From: Nemertoderma westbladi
Lineage: Eukaryota > Animalia > Xenacoelomorpha
Direction: 5' to 3'
DNA: 64,000 nucleotides
NCBI GenBank assembly: GCA_032718475.1
Contig: JAUCBJ010000150.1
Coordinates: 1-64,000 of the forward strand
Position numbers and translations under genes: made by a program. Below, piece by piece: positions 1 to 11,775 of this stretch; position 1 is the first letter of the stretch, and each line of letters begins with the position of its first letter. The notes below the pieces were generated by a model. It ran no database searches and was not told the origin of the DNA. It saw nothing but the letters and a program-made list of their open reading frames with translations.

Positions 1-106
1 GGTAACTTTAACGTTTTTCTTCTTCGCCGCTCACCTTATGGATTTGGCTATCGGGTTTAAAACCTTGAGTACGATACTGCAGTCGGTCACCCATAACGGG
101 AAACAG
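1..106 (+). CDS. RYR: Ryanodine receptor internal exon (5' end outside window)
   Basis: Frame from base 2 reads [30 protein letters not shown], the RyR S4/S4-S5 linker signature. Ends CAG|GTTTGT (phase 0). One extra T at 14-18 relative to the expected GNFNVFFF. Confidence 0.93.
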
Positions 107-612
107 GTTTGTTAAAAATAGCAATGATACAAAGAAAATGTCGTGTAATTTTTTTTCGATTTAGCGTCATGAGTGAATATTTGTTTTGTGGGAAAACATT
201 TGAATCATAATTCCTGGAGAGCTTAGCGAGTTAAGTAAGAAACCCAGGCGAACTGACTAATTTTATTTAACCCACATCATAATTGTATTTGGTTACTTTT
301 TCAAATGAACAAATTCAAATACAACGAGGTCTACTTATGATTGTTGTAGTCTCCTGACCTTGTACTGTACAGATGAATTTTTATTATACGGCTACATGAT
401 GTTGTACCTGTAGTCTGTAAGCGCTATTAGCTTGTATTTTTGCACCACATGTTTGTACCAAATTTAAAATGGCTAACTACATAAAAGTTGAATAACTTCA
501 GAAGTAAAAGATATCTCGCAAAGCTTTTTCAGATTTGACATCTTATTAATTTGTGCACTTGACGAAACCAGCAATTGTTGTCTAAAAAGATAAAGCCGCG
601 TCTTAATTGTTA

Positions 613-919
613 TGGCCATGATACACCACAGGAGCGGCGAGCGGCAGCGGCGGGCGGCCGCGGCGAGCGGCCGATGTGAGCGGCGACTTTTAGTATGATA
701 CACTATAGGAGCGGCGAGCGGCAGCAGCCATTTGTGGTGTATCATCACCCATAGAAAATAATGTGTTCTATTTTTAAAAAGTGGCCGCTTGCCGCGGCCG
801 CTCGCCGCTGTCGCCGCTGCCGCTGCCGCTCGCCGCTGCCGCTCGCCGCTGCCGCTCGCCGCTGCCGCTCGCCGCTGCCGCTCGCCGCTGCCGCTCGCCG
901 CTCCTGTGTATCATGGCCT
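613..919. mobile_element. PIF/Harbinger-type MITE with internal GCCGCT repeats
   Basis: TIRs GGCCATGATACAC..CAGGAGCGGCG / CGCCGCTCCTGTGTATCATGGCC; TTA on both flanks; second copy at 13019-13241. Confidence 0.8.
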
Positions 920-1460
920 TTATATTTCCAGTTTGATATCACACATATTATTTGTTCTAAATTGGAATTAATTTGTAAATGAATTCTACGGTATTTACTA
1001 GAATAACAATTCTGATGAAATTAAATATAGTGCGTTTAGACCGGATATTTGACGCGGTTCGCTACATACATATTGGTCAACATTTTGACCAGTACCATTA
1101 GATTTGTATTCCACCTTTTCTAATAAGCCTACCGAATTATCATTATCCCTATATCCGCGATTTCCACTGACCTCTCCTTTTAAATACTACCGGACCGGCA
1201 GCAGTATTACTGATATGTCAAATGCACTTAATTACCAATTTTGAATGAGAACGTGTAACTGACCATGGACTTCTAGAATATTAAATTATACCTATTGTAG
1301 AATGTATAAATAACATTCTAGAAGTCCATGAACTGACACATAAACACCCCCATGTCTCATCGACCAATCACAATAGACTTCTAAATTAACTTAGCTAAGA
1401 AATCGCTTTGAGTCCCTCCTATTGGCGTGTTTGTGTTTAGCAATCTCAGTGACAGTAATA

Positions 1461-2339
1461 CACCATGTCTTGGAATATACTGTCGTTATTCTGGTACATG
1501 GACCACCCCCCACCCCCAAATTTTTCTACAAATCTTAATGAGATTGCATCAAATTTGAAACAGAGATAGTTTCACCTCTCTCCTCCTTACAGGGTGAGCC
1601 AGAATTTTTATTTTTCCTTTCATTCTTTAGCTACAAGCTTTTGAGAATAGTGTCTTCGGCGAAATTGCACCAGTCACACCGCAGTTATTCTTCAACCATA
1701 TTATGATTTGTTAGTACTAATTCAAAGCTAGTCGTGCAAGGATTCCAAAAATGTAAAAAAAATTGAATTTGGTAGAGAAATAGCCGAGATATGGGCATTC
1801 GAAAGTTGCATGTATTTGCTTCCTCTGCACGCCATTTATTCTATTTAATAAATACATCATATTCTAGACATTTTGTTTATCCCATACGTAGCTGGGCAAC
1901 AATGCAATCCTTCTTTAAACATACTATTATGTAGCTATTCATACATAAACAAAATGTTCTAGAATATAGTGTTTTTATTTAGTAGAATAAAACAGCTTCG
2001 CGCAGGTGCAAAACCATGAAACTTTTGAACGCTATATCTCAGCTATTTCACAACCAAATTCAAATATTTTTACATTTTTGGAATCCTTGCACGAAAAGGT
2101 TGAAGAATACTGTGGTGTGACTGGTGCAATTTCGCGGAGACACTATTTTAAAAAAGCTTGTAGCTAAAGAATGAAAGCGAAAATAAAAATTCTGGCGCAC
2201 CCAGTCAGTGGTCGGGAGGTGGAACTATCTCTGTTTCAAATTTCATGCAATCACATTACGATTTGTAAAAAAAATTGGGGGGGGGGGGGGGGGGTGGTCC
2301 ATGTACCAGAACAACGACACTATATTCCAGGACATGGTG
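1461..2339. mobile_element. Foldback (long inverted repeat) MITE, Tc1/mariner-like
   Basis: TA|CACCATGTC ... GACATGGTG|TA termini. The arms are reverse complements over most of the element (e.g. 1592-1640 vs 2155-2203). Confidence 0.8.
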
Positions 2340-2917
2340 TATATTAGTCTTGGCTGCTGCATTATTCACTATTCAGGCAATCTTACCATCCATGTCAGAG
2401 ATTCAATCTATAAATCAAATTTTCTCTGTGTTAATCTTAACAATCTTTCTTTGTAGCCACAGTACGTCACAGGAAGTCTTCCCGCATGTACTGTAGTATA
2501 TACTGTCCATACTGTAGTATAAAATATTTGTTGTCATATCAAACCTTTGTATAATGGCAAAGGGCTAATTCTGTCGCAGCATTCGAATCAGGTTTTGGAA
2601 TTTGATTTTTCTGAAAGTTACAATTTGGATTACATAATATATAATGTAGTTGATGTCACCCCATTCACAGCGGGACTAGTCACAGAGAGTGAGAGAGACT
2701 TATACAGTTATTCTGTATCTGTATACCCGTATTAATAATGCTTCCAATGTGATAAATAATTTTTAATAAAATGATATACAATAATATTATCAATATTATG
2801 TAGCGGACGTAAATAATGTTGAAATTCGGTAATCATTTATATTATAATTTCATATTATTATGTTAGAATCCCTGCAACATTATTTTTCCTACTCTAATCT
2901 AGTCTCTACTCATAAGT

Positions 2918-3769
2918 TCACAATGTTGCAAGGTACTTCAGAATGTCATTTAGTCCGAATTGAAAGGTTCTGGCATCCCTTTCTTCTAAGAAGTGGAAAA
3001 CATAATGAGGAGGAAGAGCAACCACTTCGGGGGCACTTGGAGCTCTAAACTTTTCATACAATGTAACGATATTGGAATTCTGTAATCTCTTTACCAGGGT
3101 TTCTTTACTAAGTGGAACTAAGTCGCTTTCTTCATCGGTATTGGGCTGACTGCAGATAATCTTGTCCTTTTCTATTGTTAACGTGATGTGTCCCTCAACA
3201 TAATCTAATTTTTGTATTTCAGGACTTTCTCCTGTTTTACTTTTGAGAACTTTTAAAGGATGATGATATGTAATTATTGATTGGGTTCTGCAATCTGTTT
3301 CGTTTGTTCTGTTTGTAGTTTGACGTTTTCTTTCTCTGTTCTTTTCGCGTCTTACATCACGAACTTCAGTTACAAACTTATCGATTTCTTCTTCATCCCG
3401 GAATTTAAAGTCATATTGACGTACGTGATTAATTAGCCTGCACCACCACATTCCGGTGTTTCCATGGTTTCGTTCTATTTTCGTTTTATCCCAGATTAGA
3501 AGGTTGATTTGGTTTGAGGTGACTTTCTTCCATTTAAGCAAATTTCTGTTGCTGTCGAACGTTATTGATATCGAATCAGACGGATCATTCATTGTAACGA
3601 CTGCCGTATCGGGATTGTCAATTGTTACCTTATCAATTTGTTCCACGTTATGAGCTAATAGACGATTACTTCGATCTTTTATCCAAATGGGTACACCATG
3701 TCCTTTTAATATTAGTGCCAATTGAGTGGACAGCACAAAACTTAATTTTTCAACAAATGACTTTTCCAA
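2918..3769 (-). CDS. Uncharacterised protein/exon with two predicted PH-like folds, copy 1 (true 5' boundary uncertain)
   Basis: 283-codon open frame conserved in three copies. Two beta-rich modules each end in a Y-x-F-x-F-x-x-E-x-[ED]-helix motif (YDFKFRDEEEIDKF; YVFHFLEERDARTF). Track start is TTG inside a MITE remnant. Confidence 0.6.
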   Translation of the reverse strand: MEKSFVEKLSFVLSTQLALILKGHGVPIWIKDRSNRLLAHNVEQIDKVTIDNPDTAVVTMNDPSDSISITFDSNRNLLKWKKVTSNQINLLIWDKTKIERNHGNTGMWWCRLINHVRQYDFKFRDEEEIDKFVTEVRDVRREKNRERKRQTTNRTNETDCRTQSIITYHHPLKVLKSKTGESPEIQKLDYVEGHITLTIEKDKIICSQPNTDEESDLVPLSKETLVKRLQNSNIVTLYEKFRAPSAPEVVALPPHYVFHFLEERDARTFQFGLNDILKYLATL

Positions 3770-4153
3770 GTTTCTGTGTGAGCCAGAATTTCTAATTTGC
3801 TTTTAACCTGTAGCTACAAGAGTTTGAAAAGGTTACTGTTGAATACAGTTAATGCTTAATGTTTATTAACAACGTAATGGCAATTATTAATTGTGCACTC
3901 TTTGTATATTTTAACTCTATATCTCTACAGTTTGATATAAGACATTAATCACATAAAATGTATCTTATACTGAATGTTTTGACAAGCTACTAATTGTGAA
4001 AACAATAATATGTTTCACCCAGGATAGAGGGGGAAGGTCAAATTATCTCTGTTTCAAAATTATGCAATCTCATTAAGATTTGTCGATTTTTTTTGGAGAG
4101 GTGGATGGGGTCCGTGTAGCGAATACGCTATATATATTTTTCAGGACATTGTG
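3694..4153. mobile_element. Degenerate copy of the 1461-2339 MITE family lying between the two ORFs of unit 1
   Basis: TA|CACCATGTCC left end and GGACATTGTG|TA right end; internal GTGAGCCAGAATTT..TAGCTACAAG and TATCTCTGTTTCAAA blocks match the 1461-2339 element. Confidence 0.7.
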
Positions 4154-4409
4154 TATTATCGATTGGAAGAGCAAATGCAGCAGAACCAATTTCGAATCCA
4201 GGCCCTTCATATATATGTACACTTTCGACTAAATCATGTCTACTTATGGATTCAGAACCAGAGTCATGTATATATGCTGATGTACTGGGTGCAGAATAAG
4301 GGAATTCACAAGGTGACCTTGTTGGTTCAGGATAAGGGTCATCAGTTGTGACATAGTCACTTCTAGCCACCGGGTTATTTACATTTTGTTCTACTGAATC
4401 TGGTTCCAT
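4128..4409 (-). CDS. MEPDSVEQ ORF, copy 1 (lacks the protease domain)
   Basis: N- and C-terminal segments align to both ends of the 377-aa ORF at 15301-16434. Confidence 0.55.
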   Translation of the reverse strand: MEPDSVEQNVNNPVARSDYVTTDDPYPEPTRSPCEFPYSAPSTSAYIHDSGSESISRHDLVESVHIYEGPGFEIGSAAFALPIDNTQCPEKYI

Positions 4410-5589
4410 ATCGACGATGTGTTATCGTAGTTGAAGTTTAGTTGTCCTGTTGTCCCTGTTCCATTGTCTTTGGCATAATGCCTGGAGTCGCGACTGCCTA
4501 ACTTTATCACTGGCTTCACAAAAATAGTTATACTAGATCAAAAAAATAGTTAAACTGGGACATTTTTTATTTAAATATCTAACATGGTCTAGAACATTAA
4601 TTAACAAAGTTGGAAAAACTAGTTAGTATAAAATATGTGTCGGTGGTGACCTATTATTAATAATTACTAAATTGTGTAAAAAATGTTCTGGAACAAGCAG
4701 CATTGGATCGCCTAGTTTACCTGTACATCATTCAATGCGTTAACTAGTGACAACTGCGTAATGTAAGCCTTCGTTAGTGATTAACTTTCCCCTTGATGAT
4801 GTTGAGAGGGTGTTCGTTAATTTTATTAACAACGGCAAAACATTTGAAGCTGGTTGGTAGGCCAATAACCTTCACTTTATTTGCAGAACTACATCAACAT
4901 AATATTGTTAACTGCTAACTAATTCAATAAGATTAACCCTGTAACAAAGTAATTCCAAAGAAAATTGTAAACAGTTTGCAAAGTTTATTGCTTTCTGTTC
5001 AACCAATAGCAACATGCCATTTAGTCTGAAACTGAAAGTATTTTAATCTGCGGTAACGTCCTTTATATTATGCAGTAGTGACACTCTGTTATCAAAGGGC
5101 GGCAGGTAAGAAATATAAAAAAAAGGATACCTGCAACTACATTACTATGCCTTGTTGAACTTGGTTTTGCTGAAGGAAGAGCCGACACCTCCCTAAGGAA
5201 AACTACACGCAACTCTCATATCTTCCAGCTGCCTTTTCTCCGTAAGTCCACCTCTCAGCAAAACTTCTGGTACCGATCTCAGAGACTAGCCAACCCACTA
5301 CCACACAAAGTCTACTTCGAGCACCATACAGGACTGAAACAGCGACTATCTGATCTGTACTGGAACATCTTCGTCTCCCTCCACTTACACGGAACTGAAC
5401 GGAGAATCGGATGCATGTGTGCGGCATGCTCAGCCAAACCACTAGATCTCCGACAGCATCTTAACTGACAGCAACTTGACATTTTGACAGTAACTCAACT
5501 TAAAGTTATATATTTACGCAACCTTAAAACCCTTCAGCTTGTGCTGTAAATACATATATTATTATTATTATTATTATACCATATACAGC

Positions 5590-5830
5590 ACCTCAGCTGT
5601 TTCACAACAACGCGCAGGTTCAAATCCAACTAAAGGCTTTAGAAATTTCGCATTGTTGTGTCCCTAAGCAAAACACTTCAGATGTTAGTGATCACGCAAA
5701 CCCAGCGGTGCAATGGGAACATGGATTCTGTTGGGTTGTGTGATTAAAGAAATGGTTGGGTAGTTATGGCGTGTTCTACCTTGGTAGTTAGTGTGGCGGC
5801 TCCATGCCTAACAGGTAACAATCAAGAAAG
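5590..5830 (+). mobile_element. Degenerate tRNA-derived SINE (V-domain-like); duplicate at ~9930-10165
   Basis: B-box GGTTCAAATCC followed by GTTGTGTCCCTAAGCAAAACACTT and ACCCAGCGGTGCAATGGG, resembling conserved SINE central domains. Confidence 0.45.
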
Positions 5831-5855
5831 AGGATCCATCGGTTAGCCACACGGA

Positions 5856-6391
5856 AGCTTTCCAGGATTTGGAAGTCACCGAGAATTAATCGGAAACTTA
5901 AGGTCCGATTATTTAGAGCAGCAGTACTTCCAGTACTCCTCTACGGGAGTCCATGCTGGGCTCTAACTACTGAGGACACCAAATCTCTGGATGGCACATT
6001 CACAAGAATGCTACGCGGGGTTCATTGTGTCAAGTACAATGCACGCATCTCCAACCAGACACTATATAACATTGGAGGTGTCTCATTGGTTCCCCCAAGC
6101 TTGACACTAGAACAAAATCGCCTCCGCTTTGCAGGACATTGCTTTCGCCGTGAGGACCAGCCAGTGCATAATCTTGTACTTTGGCAGCCTCATGGAGTGA
6201 ATAAGCATGGTGGACAGCCCATGACTTTCTTGAGACGCATCTTAAAGGACACTGGCCTTAAAGATGCGAATGATCTAGCAAATGTCATGGGTGATAGGGA
6301 GTTGTGGCGGTGCAATTTTGTTGACAAGCCGGCACAGCATTCTTAAAAATGCAGCTGCAATGCAGCATGCCGATCATAGTAGTAGTAGTAG
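5856..6391 (+). mobile_element. 5'-truncated RTE-clade LINE
   Basis: RTE ORF C-terminus (PVLLYGS, RLRFAGHCFR, DRELWR); (AGT)n tail; 12-bp TSD TAGCCACACGGA (5844-5855 / 6392-6403); empty site at ~10182. Confidence 0.92.
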
Positions 6392-7244
6392 TAGCCACAC
6401 GGACTGGCAGCAGTATTACTGATACGTTGAATGCACTTAATTATCAATTTTGAATGAGAAAATGTAAGGCCTTTACTGTCTTATCTGTTTATCGCTATAG
6501 CAGTGTTTCAGGTTTTATGTTGTCACGTTTTTTCTAACTGAAGGTCTATTGCTATTATTGTAATTGTGTACTGTACGTACACAGACAGAATTACTGGACT
6601 GGCCTGAATTAAACCACAAACATATAAACCAGTAGTTGTTCTACTGACAAGTCTTTGAAAGTAAATCAATCTTTTAATAACTTAGAAAGAACTTGACAAC
6701 TTGCTTTCAAACAATTAGTTATATTGTCAAGTACTGATTTACTTATAAGATTTCATAGAATTCGCAAGTAACTTACCAAGACTTAGTCTAATTACTATTA
6801 TCAAGCGCCGTTGGAGTACTTTCAAGTAAATTAAAGTAACAGTCAAGGCTTGGTAATAATCTCACGATTCACACAACCCGGGCACTTTCAATGAGACGAG
6901 TAGCAGCCTACTGCTGTATAGTTAACGTGTAACTTTCTTACAAATTAGAACCAGATCTTTTGCACAGTCATTAGTGAAACTTCCCCATCACTAATGGTAG
7001 TAATTCATTGTTCGTATCGAAACCTTGATGCCATTATTATAAATTTACAATTCAGCTGTAGTTGTATGGAGTAATGGAATTATTATGCAGTCTTTAATTG
7101 TAATATTCTCTATAACAACACTATATATCATTACAATATTAGTGGACTTAAATAATGTTGAAATTCGGTAATCATTTATATTATAATTTCATATTATTAT
7201 GTTAGAATCCCTGCAACATTATTTTTCCTACTCTACTCATAAGT

Positions 7245-8096
7245 TCACAATGTTGCAAGGTACTTCAGAATGTCATTTAGTCCGAATTGAAAGGTTCTGG
7301 CATCCCTTTCTTCTAAGAAGTGGAAAACATAATGAGGAGGAAGAGCAACCACTTCGGGGGCACTTGGAGCTCTAAACTTTTCATACAATGTAACGATATT
7401 GGAATTCTGTAATCTCTTTACCAGGGTTTCTTTACTAAGTGGAACTAAGTCGCTTTCTTCATCGGTATTGGGCTGACTGCAGATAATCTTGTCCTTTTCT
7501 ATTGTTAACGTGATGTGTCCCTCAACATAATCTAATTTTTGTATTTCAGGACTTTCTCCTGTTTTACTTTTGAGAACTTTTAAAGGATGATGATATGTAA
7601 TTATTGATTGGGTTCTGCAATCTGTTTCGTTTGTTCTGTTTCTAGTTTGACGTTTTCTTTCTCTGTTCTTTTCGCGTCTTACCTCAACAACTTCAGTTAC
7701 AAACTTATCGATTTCTTCTTCATCCCGGAATTGAAAGTCATATTGACGTACGTGATTAATTAGCGTGCACCACCACATTCCGGTGTTTCCATGGTTTCGT
7801 TCTATTTTCGTTTTATCCCAGATTAGAAGGTTGATTTGGTTTGAGGTGACTTTCTTCCATTTAAGCAAATTTCTGTTGCTGTCGAACGTTATTGATATCG
7901 AATCAGACGGATCATTCATTGTAACGACTGCCGTATCGGGATTGTCAATTGTTACCTTATCAATTTGTTCCACGTTATGAGCTAATAGACGATTACTTCG
8001 ATCTTTTATCCAAATGGGTACACCATGTCCTTTTAATATTAGTGCCAATTGAGTGGACAGCACAAAACTTAATTTTTCAACAAATGACTTTTCCAA
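7245..8096 (-). CDS. Tandem PH-like protein/exon, copy 2
   Basis: Differs from copy 1 at five residues. Confidence 0.6.
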   Translation of the reverse strand: MEKSFVEKLSFVLSTQLALILKGHGVPIWIKDRSNRLLAHNVEQIDKVTIDNPDTAVVTMNDPSDSISITFDSNRNLLKWKKVTSNQINLLIWDKTKIERNHGNTGMWWCTLINHVRQYDFQFRDEEEIDKFVTEVVEVRREKNRERKRQTRNRTNETDCRTQSIITYHHPLKVLKSKTGESPEIQKLDYVEGHITLTIEKDKIICSQPNTDEESDLVPLSKETLVKRLQNSNIVTLYEKFRAPSAPEVVALPPHYVFHFLEERDARTFQFGLNDILKYLATL

Positions 8097-8480
8097 GTTT
8101 CTGTGTGAGCCAGAATTTCTAATTTGCTTTTAACCTGTAGCTACAAGAGTTTGAAAAGGTTACTGTTGAATACAGTTAATGCTTAATGTTTATTAACAAC
8201 GTAATGGCAATTATTAATTGTGCACTCTTTGTATATTTTAACTCTATATCTCTACAGTTTGATATAAGACATTAATCACATAAAATGTATCTTATACTGA
8301 ATGTTTTGACAAGCTACTAATTGTGAAAACAATAATATGTTTCACCCAGGATAGAGGGGGAAGGTCAAATTATCTCTGTTTCAAAATTATGCAATCTCAT
8401 TAAGATTTGTCGATTTTTTTTGGAGAGGTGGATGGGGTCCGTGTAGCGAATACGCTATATATATTTTTCAGGACATTGTG
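8021..8480. mobile_element. Degenerate TA-flanked MITE between the ORFs of unit 2
   Basis: Same termini as 3694-4153. Confidence 0.7.
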
Positions 8481-8736
8481 TATTATGGATTGGAAGAGCA
8501 AATGCAGCAGAACCAATTTCGAATCCAGGCCCTTCATATATATGTACACTTTCGACTAAATCATGTCTACTTATGGATTCAGAACCAGAGTCATGTATAT
8601 AAGCTGATGTACTGGGTGCAGAATAAGGGAATTCACAAGGTGACCTTGTTGGTTCAGGATAAGGGTCATCAGTTGTGACATAGTCACTTCTAGCCACCGG
8701 GTTAATTACATTTTGTTCTACGGAATCTGGTTCCAT
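8455..8736 (-). CDS. MEPDSVEQ ORF, copy 2 (lacks the protease domain)
   Basis: Near-identical to 4128-4409. Confidence 0.55.
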   Translation of the reverse strand: MEPDSVEQNVINPVARSDYVTTDDPYPEPTRSPCEFPYSAPSTSAYIHDSGSESISRHDLVESVHIYEGPGFEIGSAAFALPIHNTQCPEKYI

Positions 8737-10399
8737 ATCGACGATGTGTTATCGTAGTTGAAGTTTAGTTGTCCTGTTGTCCCTGTTCCATTGTCTTTGG
8801 CATAATGTCTGGAGTCGCGACTGCCTAACTTTATCACTGGCTTCACAAAAATAGTAAAAAAAATAGTTATACTAGATCAAAAAAATAGTTAAACTGGGAC
8901 ATTTTTTATTTAAATATCTAACATGGTCTAGAACATTAATTAACAAAGTTGGTAAAACTAGTTAGTATAAAATATGTGTCGGTGGTGACCTATTATTAAT
9001 AATTACTAAATTGTGTAAAAAATGTTCTGGAACAAGCAGCATTGGATCGCCTAGTTTACCTGTACATCATTCAATGCGTTAACTAGTGACAACTGCGTAA
9101 TGTAAGCCTTCGTTAGTGATTAACTTTCCCCTTGATGATGTTGAGAGGGTGTTCGTTAATTTTATTAACAACGGCAAAACATTTGAAGCTGGTTGGTAGG
9201 CCAATAACCTTCACTTTATTTGCAGAACTACATCAACATAATATTGTTAACTGCTAACTAATTCAATAAGATTAACCCTGTAACAAAGTAATTCCAAAGA
9301 AAATTGTAAACAGTTTGCAAAGTTTATTGCTTTCTGTTCAACCAATAGCAACATGCCATTTAGTCTGAAACTGAAAGTATTTTAATCTGCGGTAACGTCC
9401 TTTATATTATGCAGTAGTGACACTCTGTTATCAAAGGGCGGCAGGTAAGAAATATAAAAAAAAGGATACCTGCAACTACATTACTATGCCTTGTTGAACT
9501 TGGTTTTGCTGAAGGAAGAGCCGACACCTCCCTAAGGAAAACTACACGCAACTCTCATATCTTCCAGCTGCCTTTTCTCCGTAAGTCCACCTCTCAGCAA
9601 AACTTCTGGTACCGGCCTCAGAGACTAGCCAACCCACTACCACACAAAGTCTACTTCGAGCACCATACAGGACTGAAACAGCGACTATCTGATCTGTACT
9701 GGAACATCTTCGTCTCCCTCCACTTACACGGAACTGAACGGAGAATCGGATGCATGTGTGCGGCATGCTCAGCCAAACCACTAGATCTCCGACAGCATCT
9801 TAACTGACAGCAACTTGACATTTTGACAGTAACTCAACTTAAAGTTATATATTTACGCAACCTTAAAACCCTTCAGCTTGTGCTGTAAATACATATATTA
9901 TTATTATTATTATTATACCATATACTGCACCTCAGCTGTTTCACAACAACGCGCAGGTTCAAATCCAACTAAAGGCTTTAGAAATTTCGCATTGTTGTGT
10001 CCCTAAGCAAAACACTTCAGATGTTAGTGATCACGCAAACCCAGCGGTGCAATGGGAACATGGATTCTGTTGGGTTGTGTGATTAAAGAAATGGTTGGGT
10101 AGTTATGGCGTGTTCTACCTTGGTAGTTAGTGTGGGGCTCCATGCCTAACAGGTAACAATCAAGAAAGAGGATCCATCGGTTAGCCACACGGACCGGCAG
10201 CAGTATTACTGATACGTTGAATGCACTTAATTATCAATTTTGAATGAGAAAATGTAAGGCCTTACTGTCTTATCTGTTTATCGCTATAGCTTATCACTTT
10301 ATGTTGTCACGTTTTTTCTAACTGAAGGTCTATTGCTATTATTGTAATTGTGTACTGTACGTACACAGACAGAAATACTGGACTGGCCTGAATTAAACC

Positions 10400-11128
10400 T
10401 ACTACTACTACTAGGATCGGCATGCTGCATTGCAGCTGCATTTTTAAGAATGCTGTGCCGGCTTGTCAACAAAATTGCACCGCCACAACTCCCTATCACC
10501 CATGACATTTGCTAGATCATCCGCATCTTTAAGGCCAGTGTCCTTTAAGATGCGTCTCAAGAAAGTCATGGGCTGTCCACCATGCTTATTCACTCCATGA
10601 GGCTGCCAAAGTACAAGATTATGCACTGGCTGGTCCTCACGGCGAAAGCAATGTCCTGCAAAGCGGAGGCGATTTTGTTCTAGTGTCAAGCTTGGGGGAA
10701 CCAATGAGACACCTCCAATGTTATATAGTGTCTGGTTGGAGATGTGTGCATTGTACTTGACACAATGTACCCGGCGTAGCATTCTTGTGAATGTGCCATC
10801 CAGAGATTTGGTGTCCTCAGCAGTTGGAGCCCAGCATGGACTCCCGTAGAGGAGTACTGGAACTACTGCTGCTCTAAATAATCGGACCTTAAGTTTCCGA
10901 TTAATTCTAGGTGACTTCCAAATCCTGGAAAGCCTATTCAAGGCTGCCCATGCCTTTCCCTTACGTATTCGAAGGTCCTCACCTGACTTCCGGATCCATG
11001 ATCCCAGGTAACAGAAGTCGTCCACATGCTCAAGCATACCATCCTTTGAGCTTATGCTCATCCGATCAGAGACTTGCTGAGGACTTTCAAAGTTAACTGT
11101 CAGAATTTTGGTCTTTCTGGAGTTATTT
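10400..11128 (-). mobile_element. 5'-truncated RTE-clade LINE
   Basis: ORF 10444-11061 (FCYLGS, RLRFAGH); (AGT)n tail; 12-bp TSD CTGAATTAAACC (10388-10399 / 11129-11140); empty site at ~6604. Confidence 0.92.
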
Positions 11129-11775
11129 CTGAATTAAACCACAAACATATAAACCAGTAGTTGTTCTACTGACAAGTCTTTGAAAGTTAATCAATCTTTT
11201 AATAACTTAGAAAGAACTTGACAACTTGCTTTCAAACAATTAGTTATATTGTCAAGTACTGATTTACTTATAAGATTTCATAGAATTCGCAAGTAACTTA
11301 CCAAGACTTAGTCTAATTACTATTATCAAGCGCCGTTGGAGTACTTTCAAGTAAATTAAAGTAACAGTCAAGGCTTGGTAATAATCTCACGATTCACACA
11401 ACCCGGCCACTTTCAATGAGACGAGTAGCAGCCTACTGCTGTATAGTTAACGTGTAACTTTCTTACAAATTAGAACCAGATCTTTTGCACAGTCATTAGT
11501 GAAACTTCCCCATCACTAATGGTAGTAATTCATTGTTCGTATCGAAACCTTGATGCCATTATTATAAATTTACAATTCAGCTGTAGTTGTATGGAGTAAT
11601 GGAATTATTATGCAGTCTTTAATTGTAATATTCTCTATAACAACACTATATATCATTACAATATTAGTGGACTTAAGTAATGTTGAAATTCGGTAATCAT
11701 TTATATTATAATTTCATGTATCTGATAGGTTGGAATTCCTGCAGCAACATTATTTTTCCTACTCTACTCATAAGT

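Noticed and set aside
473-982. Ala/Arg-rich ORFs on both strands (also 12942-13409)
   Set aside because: Products of the GCCGCT repeats in a Harbinger-type MITE.
5203-5442. 79-aa minus-strand ORF duplicated at 9542-9781
   Set aside because: Non-ATG start, no motif; conserved only through the recent duplication. More likely a non-coding first exon.
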